Origin: Bacteroidales bacterium
GTDB taxonomy: Bacteria; Bacteroidota; Bacteroidia; Bacteroidales; VadinHA17
Length of the DNA stretch: 64,000 nt
NCBI GenBank assembly: GCA_035390825.1
Contig: DAOOUQ010000024.1
Span: 436 to 64,435, forward strand
Reading direction: 5' to 3'
Shown: positions 17,915 to 27,265 of the stretch, piece by piece
How the letters are laid out: each line of letters begins with the position of its first letter
Position numbering within the stretch: the stretch's first letter is position 1
The notes under the pieces: model-generated
Told to the model about the DNA's origin: nothing
Databases searched by the model: none
Seen by the model: only the letters and a program-made list of their open reading frames with translations
Made by a program: the position numbers and the translations under genes

Positions 17915-18982
17915 ATGCAATTTGTCAAAGCGAGTCTGTTCTTCCTGCTTTTAATGTCGGTTCCTGTTGCCCTTCCCGCACAGGAAGAGAAAGGCAGCCA
18001 TGCTGCCGAAGCTGAGGAGGAGTTTGATGCAAGCTCTTTCATTATGGATCATATTGCTGATTCTCATGAATGGCATATTCTGACAAAGAAAAACGGTGAA
18101 AGTGTGGCAATTTACCTTCCTGTAATACTTTACAGCAAAGAAAAGGGACTGGATGTATTCTCATCCCGTAAACTTGCCCACGGACAGGAATATAAAGGCT
18201 ACAGGCTTGAAGAGGAAGGCGACAACAAGGGAAGGATAGTCAGCCTTAATGATGATGGAAGTGTAAAGGAAGAAGGTTTTCTGCTTGATCTGTCGATCAC
18301 GAAATCTGTTGTCGGATTATTATTTTCAGTGATCATAGGCCTGTGGCTCTTTCTTTCACTTTCGCGTTCCTACAGGAAAACCGGGATCAGCCACCCCAAA
18401 GGGATACAGAGTTTTCTGGAACCTGTGATTCTTTTTGTGCGTGACGATATTGCAATTTCGAATCTCGGTGAGCATAAGTATGAGAAATATATGCCTTACC
18501 TTTTAACAGTATTCTTTTTCATATTGCTGAATAATTTAATGGGGCTCATTCCATTTCCTCCGCCTTTCGGAGCAAATGTCACCGGCAACATCGCGGTCAC
18601 AATGGTATTGGCCCTGTTTACATTCTTTATAACCCAGTTCAGCGGAAGCAAATCCTACTGGAGGCATGTTTTTGCAACGCCGGGAGTTCCGGTCTGGCTT
18701 CTGCCGGTGATGATCCCTGTTGAGATAATAGGCCTTTTCTCAAAACCTTTCGCTCTGATGATCCGACTTTTCGCCAACATTACTGCAGGACATATTATTG
18801 TTCTCAGCCTGGTTTGTCTGATCTTCATATTCAAATCACTGGGTGTTGCCCCGGTTTCAATTGCATTTGTGGTTTTCATGGATTGCCTCGAACTTCTTGT
18901 GGCATTCCTTCAGGCATATGTTTTCACCCTGCTGTCGGCCCTCTTTATAAGTCTGGCCATCAAGGAGGAGGAACATCATTAA
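17915..18982 (+). CDS. atpB: F0F1 ATP synthase subunit a
   Basis: Conserved LMIRLFANITAGH motif (essential Arg); multi-TM. Confidence 0.96.
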   Translation: MQFVKASLFFLLLMSVPVALPAQEEKGSHAAEAEEEFDASSFIMDHIADSHEWHILTKKNGESVAIYLPVILYSKEKGLDVFSSRKLAHGQEYKGYRLEEEGDNKGRIVSLNDDGSVKEEGFLLDLSITKSVVGLLFSVIIGLWLFLSLSRSYRKTGISHPKGIQSFLEPVILFVRDDIAISNLGEHKYEKYMPYLLTVFFFILLNNLMGLIPFPPPFGANVTGNIAVTMVLALFTFFITQFSGSKSYWRHVFATPGVPVWLLPVMIPVEIIGLFSKPFALMIRLFANITAGHIIVLSLVCLIFIFKSLGVAPVSIAFVVFMDCLELLVAFLQAYVFTLLSALFISLAIKEEEHH

Positions 18983-18996
18983 TTTTTATTGTTTAA

Positions 18997-19218
<222 letters not shown>

Positions 19219-19226
19219 AAAAAACC

Positions 19227-19258
19227 GGGGGACTGCAACGGTTGGTTGCAGAACCCCC
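19227..19258 (+). promoter_or_regulatory. Strong intra-operon hairpin between atpE and atpF
   Basis: ggggg-a-ctgcaac-ggttg-gttgcag-aa-ccccc gives 5 + 7 bp with a 1x2 internal loop, 9 nt after the atpE stop. No U-tract follows. Confidence 0.6.
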
Positions 19259-19287
19259 ATTTAACTTAAAAGAAAAATAATAAAGAT

Positions 19288-19803
19288 ATGGTCTTACTAG
19301 CTAGCAGTCTTACATCACCCGCGATAGGTCTTGTATTCTGGACAACAATCATCTTCCTCTTATTCTTCCTTATCCTGCGGAAATTCGCCTGGAAACCCAT
19401 ACTGAATGCAGTAAAGGCAAGAGACGAGATGATAAAGGGATCTCTTGCATCGGCTGAAAAAGCCAGGAAAGAAATGGCAAAACTTCAGAGCGATAATGAA
19501 GCTATACTTAAAAAGGCAAGGGAAGAACGCGAAACCATTCTCAGGGAAGCAAGGGATGTCAGGGATAAACTTATTGCAGAGGCAAAAGGCAAAGCCGCCG
19601 AAGAGGCCGAGAAGGTTGTGGAAAAGGCCAGGGCTGGCATTGAAAGGGAAAAGGCAGCTGCGCTTGCAGATATCCGCGAACAGGTTGCTTCACTGTCAAT
19701 AGAAATTGCTTCGAGGATCGTGACCGAAAAGCTTAAACAATCGGGAGAACAGGAAAAGCTTATCGACAACTACCTTAAGGAAATCAATTTCAATAAAAAC
19801 TAA
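19288..19803 (+). CDS. atpF: F0F1 ATP synthase subunit b
   Basis: One N-terminal TM helix followed by a long A/E/K-rich helix; position in the operon. Confidence 0.93.
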   Translation: MVLLASSLTSPAIGLVFWTTIIFLLFFLILRKFAWKPILNAVKARDEMIKGSLASAEKARKEMAKLQSDNEAILKKAREERETILREARDVRDKLIAEAKGKAAEEAEKVVEKARAGIEREKAAALADIREQVASLSIEIASRIVTEKLKQSGEQEKLIDNYLKEINFNKN

Positions 19804-19818
19804 AAGGCTTTTTATTTA

Positions 19819-20361
19819 ATGAACGAAAGCAGAATATCAGTAAGGTATGCCAGGGCTTTATTCCAGTCGGCACTCGAAAAAAACGAACTCGACAGAATAA
19901 ACAGGGATATGGCCGTGGTGAAGGATACCTGCAATATCCCGGAGGTAAGGGAGATACTGGATAATCCCGTTATCATGCCTTCAAGGAAAATCAGCGTGCT
20001 TCACAGCCTTTTCGGAAAAGACCTTCATGAGCTTACCCTTTCGCTTGTCGACCTTGTTGTCAGGAACGGCAGGGAACAATATCTTCCTGCTATTGCCAGG
20101 ATGTTCAACCAGGAGACCAAAAAGCACAAGGGGATAACGGAATCTGTGCTTACCACCGCTGTTCCCGTCGACCCGCAAGTTACTAAACAGGTTGAGGAGA
20201 TGATTGCAAAGATGTTCAACACCAAAGTCGATATGAAGACGAATGTTGATGAATCAATAATCGGAGGCTTTGTGCTTAAGGTTGAGGACAATTTTATTGA
20301 CGCCAGCGTCAGGAACAAACTCAGAAGGATCAGGCGTGAACTGATGAGCGGATCACTTTGA
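19819..20361 (+). CDS. atpH: F0F1 ATP synthase subunit delta (OSCP)
   Basis: RYARALF N-terminus, 180 aa, position between atpF and atpA. Confidence 0.93.
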   Translation: MNESRISVRYARALFQSALEKNELDRINRDMAVVKDTCNIPEVREILDNPVIMPSRKISVLHSLFGKDLHELTLSLVDLVVRNGREQYLPAIARMFNQETKKHKGITESVLTTAVPVDPQVTKQVEEMIAKMFNTKVDMKTNVDESIIGGFVLKVEDNFIDASVRNKLRRIRRELMSGSL

Positions 20362-20408
20362 TCATGGATGAAATATTGAGGATATTATGATTTTATTAAG
20401 TATACAAC

Positions 20409-21989
20409 ATGGCAAATATTAAACCAGCAGAAGTTTCAAAAATTCTCAGACAACAGCTTGAGGGCATTCAGACGGGAGCTGAGCTTGAGGAGGTTGGCAC
20501 TGTTATAGAAGTGGGAGACGGAATCGCACGTATATACGGGTTGTCAAATGCCGAATCAAACGAACTTATTCAGTTCGAGAATGGCATTGAGGCAATTGTG
20601 CTCAACCTTGAGGAAGACAATATCGGTGCTGTATTGCTCGGGCCTACTGAGGAGATTAATGAGGGAGACATTGTAAAACGAACCGGCAGAATTGCCTCGA
20701 TAGGGGTAGGAGAGGGATTGCTCGGGAGGGTAATTAGCCCGACGGGTCAACCGCTCGACGGGAAAGGGCCCGTTGAAGGCGAACTGTTTGAAATGCCTTT
20801 TGAAAGAAAGGCCCCGGGTGTTATTTTCAGGCAGCCTGTTAAACAGCCTCTCCAGACAGGTATCAAGGCTATCGATGCCATGATCCCTATAGGAAGGGGC
20901 CAGCGCGAGCTGATAATCGGCGACCGTCAGACAGGGAAGACTGCCATTGCAATTGACACCATCATAAATCAGAAAAGCAATTTTGAAAAGGGGAAGCCCG
21001 TATATTGCATATATGTCGCTATAGGTCAGAAAGGATCGACAGTAGCAAACATTGCCAAGACTCTTGAGGAAAATGGAGCCATGGACTATACTGTAATCGT
21101 TCTTGCGACCGCTTCCGACCCGGCAGCGTCACAGTTCTATGCACCTTTTGCCGGAGCCGCCATTGGTGAATTCTTCCGCGATACGGGCCGTGATGCGCTT
21201 ATAATTTACGACGACCTGTCGAAACAGGCAGTTTCTTACAGGGAAGTTTCACTTCTTCTCCGTCGGCCGCCAGGCCGTGAAGCTTATCCGGGCGACGTCT
21301 TCTACCTGCACTCGCGTCTTCTCGAAAGAGCAGCCAAGATTATCGAATCGGATGATGTTGCAAAACAAATGAACGACCTGCCCGAATCAATACGCCATAT
21401 GGTAAAAGGAGGAGGCTCTCTTACTGCCCTTCCTATTATTGAAACACAGGCAGGCGACGTTTCGGCATATATCCCGACAAACGTCATATCGATCACCGAC
21501 GGACAGATTTTCCTGGAATCAAACCTGTTTAACGCCGGAGTCCGTCCCGCTATCAACGTGGGTATTTCCGTTTCGAGGGTGGGCGGTAACGCGCAGGTGA
21601 AGGCAATGAAGAAAATTGCCGGTACACTTAAGGTTGACCAGGCACAGTACCGTGAACTTGAAGCATTTTCCAAATTCGGATCGGACCTCGATGCAGCAAC
21701 ACTGGCTATCCTTGACAAGGGTGCAAAGAACGTTGAAATCCTTAAACAGGGCCAGTATGCTCCTGTTCCTGTCGAGAAGCAGATTGCGATCATTTATTGT
21801 GGTACAACAGGGCTGCTCAGGGATGTCCCGGTTAACAAGGTGAGGGAATTTGAGGCTGAATACCTTGAATATCTCGATCTGAAACACAGGGATGTACTCG
21901 ATCAGCTGGGCAGGGGAACCATTAACAACGATATCACTGATATTCTTGAAAAAACAGCCCGCGAGCTTATAAAGAAATACAAACAATAA
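20409..21989 (+). CDS. atpA: F0F1 ATP synthase subunit alpha
   Basis: Walker A GDRQTGKT and highly conserved alpha-subunit sequence throughout. Confidence 0.99.
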   Translation: MANIKPAEVSKILRQQLEGIQTGAELEEVGTVIEVGDGIARIYGLSNAESNELIQFENGIEAIVLNLEEDNIGAVLLGPTEEINEGDIVKRTGRIASIGVGEGLLGRVISPTGQPLDGKGPVEGELFEMPFERKAPGVIFRQPVKQPLQTGIKAIDAMIPIGRGQRELIIGDRQTGKTAIAIDTIINQKSNFEKGKPVYCIYVAIGQKGSTVANIAKTLEENGAMDYTVIVLATASDPAASQFYAPFAGAAIGEFFRDTGRDALIIYDDLSKQAVSYREVSLLLRRPPGREAYPGDVFYLHSRLLERAAKIIESDDVAKQMNDLPESIRHMVKGGGSLTALPIIETQAGDVSAYIPTNVISITDGQIFLESNLFNAGVRPAINVGISVSRVGGNAQVKAMKKIAGTLKVDQAQYRELEAFSKFGSDLDAATLAILDKGAKNVEILKQGQYAPVPVEKQIAIIYCGTTGLLRDVPVNKVREFEAEYLEYLDLKHRDVLDQLGRGTINNDITDILEKTARELIKKYKQ

Positions 21990-22024
21990 CGCTGGCAGAC
22001 AAAACTGAATAATTAGATTCTTAA

Positions 22025-22906
22025 ATGGCGAATTTAAAAGCTATAAGGATTAGGATCACTTCCGTAAAATCGACGAGGCAGATAACCTCTGCGATGAAGA
22101 TGGTTGCTGCCGCCAAGCTCAGGAAGGCTCAGGATAAAATCGTGAGATTGAGACCCTACGCAAACAAGCTCCACGAGATTCTTGTAAACCTTTCACAAAG
22201 TCTTGCTGATGCTGAAATTGAAAATGTCTACGGCAGAGCATCCGTACCGGAAAAAATTCTGATTGTTGTTGTGACTTCCAACAGAGGGCTTTGCGGTGCA
22301 TTTAACTCGAATGTCGTAAAAGAAGCAAGAAGGCTGGTGGCTGACAACTATTACGAACAGTATAAGAAAGGGAATGTCGAATTCCTCACAATAGGAAAGA
22401 AAGGATACGACACTCTCAGAAAAATGAGGTTTAAAATTGCCGCAGAGAGCAACGAGCTTCTTAATGATGTTACCTTTGAGAAGGTATCAGCTCTTGCCGA
22501 GAAGGTGATGCATGGATTTGTCCGCGGCGATTATGACAGGGTGGAGCTTATCTATAATCATTTTAAGAATGCCGCCGTTCAGCAGCTGACTACAGAAGTG
22601 TTCCTTCCGGTTGAGTCGAAGCCGGAAAAAGGGAAAGCGTCGATGCCGGCCGATTATATTTATGAGCCTGACAAGGAGGCTATTGTGAGGGAACTGATCC
22701 CAAAATCACTGAAGATACAGTTCTACAAAGCTGTCCTCGACTCGTATGTTGCGGAAAACGGAGCCAGGATGACGGCAATGCACAAAGCCACCGATAACGC
22801 CACCCAGATGATACGCGAGCTTACCCTGCAGTACAACAAAGCACGCCAGGCTGCCATAACAGGTCAGATTCTGGAAGTTGTCAGCGGAGCTGAAGCTCTT
22901 AAATAA
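22025..22906 (+). CDS. atpG: F0F1 ATP synthase subunit gamma
   Basis: IRIRITSVKSTRQITSAMKMVAAAKLRKAQ N-terminus and a conserved C-terminal helix. Confidence 0.97.
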   Translation: MANLKAIRIRITSVKSTRQITSAMKMVAAAKLRKAQDKIVRLRPYANKLHEILVNLSQSLADAEIENVYGRASVPEKILIVVVTSNRGLCGAFNSNVVKEARRLVADNYYEQYKKGNVEFLTIGKKGYDTLRKMRFKIAAESNELLNDVTFEKVSALAEKVMHGFVRGDYDRVELIYNHFKNAAVQQLTTEVFLPVESKPEKGKASMPADYIYEPDKEAIVRELIPKSLKIQFYKAVLDSYVAENGARMTAMHKATDNATQMIRELTLQYNKARQAAITGQILEVVSGAEALK

Positions 22907-22939
22907 TGTATTGATGATTAACCGGATTCTTTAGAGAAC

Positions 22940-23914
22940 ATGTACAATCAGTCGGGTCTGAAAAAAATAGTGAACACTGCACTGATCAATCTGACTTATA
23001 ATACTGAGTCGGACAGGCTGATTGACCCCGTTAAATATGTTCTTTCAATGGGCGGTAAGCGGATGCGTCCTGTCCTTGCTCTCATGGCTTGCAATCTGTT
23101 CAGCGATAAGATAGATGATGCCGTGATACCGGTGACAGGGCTCGAGATGTTCCATAATTTTACCCTTGTCCATGATGATATTATGGATAAAGCTCAGGTA
23201 AGAAGGGGATTTCCGACAGTTCATGCAAAGTGGAACGTCAATCAGGCGATTCTGTCGGGCGACGTGATGGCTTTCATTACAAATGAATGCTTTCTTCAAT
23301 CGCCGGCTCATCTTCTGGCAAAGGTCCTCAGGGTTTTCAACAAGGCTGCAATTGAGGTTTGTATCGGACAACAGCTCGATATGGATTTTGAAAAAGCAAC
23401 AATTGTGTCCCAGGATGAATACATCAGGATGATTGAACTAAAGACTGCTGTTCTGATTGCTGCTTCATGCAAAATTGGAGCTATCTACGGAGGAGCCGAT
23501 GACAGGAATGCAGAACTGCTTTACGAGTTTGGACGGAATCTGGGGCTTGCCTTTCAGATCCAGGACGACATTCTTGATGTATTTGGAGACATGAATGTCT
23601 TTGGAAAGACAACCGGAGGAGATATTATTGCAGGGAAAAAGACTTTCCTATATGTTAAGGCAAACGAAGCAGGGTCGCCCGACCAGAGAAAAAAACTTCA
23701 GGAGCTGTATGTATCCGGCGCGTTTGAACCGGCAGAAAAGGTTAAAATGGTAAGTGAAATATATGACCTGCTGAATATAAAATTCATCTCTGAAAAAGTG
23801 GTTGCTGAATATTTGAGAAACGCACTGGGATGCCTCGAAAAGGTAAATGTTGCACATGAAAGGAAAGAGGAGCTTGTCAGGATGACTGAATCGCTCTCAG
23901 GAAGGGATCATTGA
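22940..23914 (+). CDS. Polyprenyl diphosphate synthase (trans-isoprenyl diphosphate synthase family)
   Basis: First Asp-rich motif LVHDDIMD and second Asp-rich motif QIQDDILD; GKRMRP motif. Confidence 0.93.
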   Translation: MYNQSGLKKIVNTALINLTYNTESDRLIDPVKYVLSMGGKRMRPVLALMACNLFSDKIDDAVIPVTGLEMFHNFTLVHDDIMDKAQVRRGFPTVHAKWNVNQAILSGDVMAFITNECFLQSPAHLLAKVLRVFNKAAIEVCIGQQLDMDFEKATIVSQDEYIRMIELKTAVLIAASCKIGAIYGGADDRNAELLYEFGRNLGLAFQIQDDILDVFGDMNVFGKTTGGDIIAGKKTFLYVKANEAGSPDQRKKLQELYVSGAFEPAEKVKMVSEIYDLLNIKFISEKVVAEYLRNALGCLEKVNVAHERKEELVRMTESLSGRDH

Positions 23915-23963
23915 AATAATAAAAGGGATACTGAATTTAATTTACTGAACAACAAAATTTTAA

Positions 23964-25496
<1,533 letters not shown>

Positions 25497-25501
25497 TACA
25501 T

Positions 25502-25561
25502 GTTGCAGGATGCCAGGCTGCAGGTTGATGAACCTTTGGCTTGCATCCTGTGACCTGCAGC
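25502..25561 (+). promoter_or_regulatory. Two interleaved perfect helices (pseudoknot topology or alternative hairpins) in the atpD-atpC spacer
   Basis: Helix 1 pairs 25506-25513 (caggatgc) with 25543-25550 (gcatcctg). Helix 2 pairs 25517-25525 (gctgcaggt) with 25553-25561 (acctgcagc). The strands alternate 1a-2a-1b-2b. Confidence 0.55.
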
Positions 25562-25586
25562 TGACAACACATACTGACATCATATC

Positions 25587-25832
25587 ATGAAAATCGAGAT
25601 AATAACACCCGACAGGAAAGTGTATGAAGGTGAAATCAAATCTGTAAGGGTTCCGGGCAAAAAGGGATCTTTTCAGGTTTTAAAAGACCATGCACCAATA
25701 ATCTCGACTCTCGAATCGGGAACTGTTTACATCGTTGAGCAGGATAATAAAGAAGTGCAGTTTGATATTGACGGAGGCGTGATTGAAGTCAGATCAAACA
25801 AGATTATACTTCTTGCCGAAGCTGTTAAATAA
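25587..25832 (+). CDS. atpC: F0F1 ATP synthase subunit epsilon
   Basis: 81 aa, beta-sandwich N-domain sequence (ITPDRKVYEGEIKSVRVPG..G.F.VL..HAP), directly after atpD. Short form without the C-terminal helical hairpin. Confidence 0.92.
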   Translation: MKIEIITPDRKVYEGEIKSVRVPGKKGSFQVLKDHAPIISTLESGTVYIVEQDNKEVQFDIDGGVIEVRSNKIILLAEAVK

Positions 25833-25841
25833 GGCCCTCAG

Positions 25842-27254
25842 ATGACATCTGAAGAATTCCGGAAAAATGCCCGTCAGCTGGTCGACTGGATGGCTGATTA
25901 TATGGAAAATGTAGAGCAGTTCCCGGTAAAATCGCAGGTACGCCCGGGTGATATTATGCGCCAGCTTCCGGAAAAAGCGCCAGCCTTCCCCGATACTTTT
26001 GAGAATTTCATGAAGGATTTCGATGAGATCATTATGCCGGGGATAAGCCACTGGCAAAGCCCGAATTTTTTTGCATACTTCCCTGCAAACAGCAGCCCTC
26101 CATCGGTTCTTGCCGAGATGATAATTGCCACCCTGGGTGCTCAGTGCATGATCTGGGAGACATCTCCTGCCGCTGCGGAGCTTGAAGAGCAGATGATGAT
26201 CTGGCTGAGAGACCTCATTGGATTTCCTTCCTCCTTTGAAGGAGTGATTCAGGACTCTGCATCTTCCTCAACGCTTGCGGCAATTCTTACTGCGAGGGAA
26301 AAGACCACCGGCTTCAGAATCAATGAGGATGGTGCGGCCGGTGCAGGAACACTGAGGGTATATTGTTCGGAACAGGCACATTCGTCAGTCGAAAAAGCAG
26401 TTAAGATAAGCGGAATAGGGAGGAAAAACCTCGTTAAGATCCCTGTAAGGGATGATTTTTCGATGAATGTGCAAAAACTGGATGAAGCAATCTCGCACGA
26501 TATTCAGAGTGGATTTACGCCCTGCTGCGTTATTGCAACAATAGGCACCACCGGAACTGCCTCTGTCGACCCCGTAAGAGCCATAGGAGAGATCTGCAGA
26601 AAAAATGACATATGGCTTCACGTCGATGCTGCAATGGGCGGTACGGCCCTTATTTTGCCTGAATTTCAATGGATGTCGGACGGCAGGGAGCTTATCGACT
26701 CAATGGTATTCAATCCTCATAAATGGATGTTCACGAATTTCGATTGTTCTGCCTTTTTCACAAGACATCCCGAAACACTTATCAGGACATTTGAAATATT
26801 GCCCGAATATCTCAGGACAAGGACGAGAGGCCAGGTTAACGATTACCGCGACTGGGGTATTCCTCTTGGACGCAGGTTCAGGGCCCTGAAACTCTGGAGC
26901 GTCATCAGGATGTACGGAGTGGAAGGTCTTCGGGAGAAAATCCGCTATCACATAAAACTTGCGGCATGGCTGTCGGAAAACATAAGGAAGGAAAAGGATT
27001 TTGAGGTTCTGGCTCCCGTAATAATAAATGTAGTGTGTTTCAGATATAAACCGGAAGGGAAATCTGATCAGGAGCTAAACAGGATTAATGAGGTCCTCAA
27101 TCACAGGCTCAATGATTCGGGGCAAATTTACCTTTCACATACTTCCGTAAACGGGATTTACACCCTGAGGATGGTTACGGGCCAGACAAACGTAAGGATG
27201 GAACATGTCGGGAAAGCCTGGGAGCTTATCAAAAACACAGCCAGATCACTTTAA
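25842..27254 (+). CDS. Pyridoxal-dependent aromatic-L-amino-acid / tyrosine decarboxylase (group II)
   Basis: DDC-family motifs: SPNFFAYFPA, SSSTLAAILTARE, HVDAAMGG and the PLP-lysine context NPHKWMFTNFDCSAFF. Confidence 0.92.
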   Translation: MTSEEFRKNARQLVDWMADYMENVEQFPVKSQVRPGDIMRQLPEKAPAFPDTFENFMKDFDEIIMPGISHWQSPNFFAYFPANSSPPSVLAEMIIATLGAQCMIWETSPAAAELEEQMMIWLRDLIGFPSSFEGVIQDSASSSTLAAILTAREKTTGFRINEDGAAGAGTLRVYCSEQAHSSVEKAVKISGIGRKNLVKIPVRDDFSMNVQKLDEAISHDIQSGFTPCCVIATIGTTGTASVDPVRAIGEICRKNDIWLHVDAAMGGTALILPEFQWMSDGRELIDSMVFNPHKWMFTNFDCSAFFTRHPETLIRTFEILPEYLRTRTRGQVNDYRDWGIPLGRRFRALKLWSVIRMYGVEGLREKIRYHIKLAAWLSENIRKEKDFEVLAPVIINVVCFRYKPEGKSDQELNRINEVLNHRLNDSGQIYLSHTSVNGIYTLRMVTGQTNVRMEHVGKAWELIKNTARSL

Positions 27255-27265
27255 CCCCAGGGCAG

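Noticed and set aside
19445-19769. Alternative-frame and antisense ORFs inside atpF. Similar cases occur inside atpA (21302-21793, 21519-21986), the CrtI-like gene (38237-38869), the LytTR regulator gene (10877-11368) and the tricorn-like protease gene (44360-44755)
   Set aside because: They lie wholly within strongly supported genes and have low-complexity or unnatural composition. These are typical shadow ORFs.
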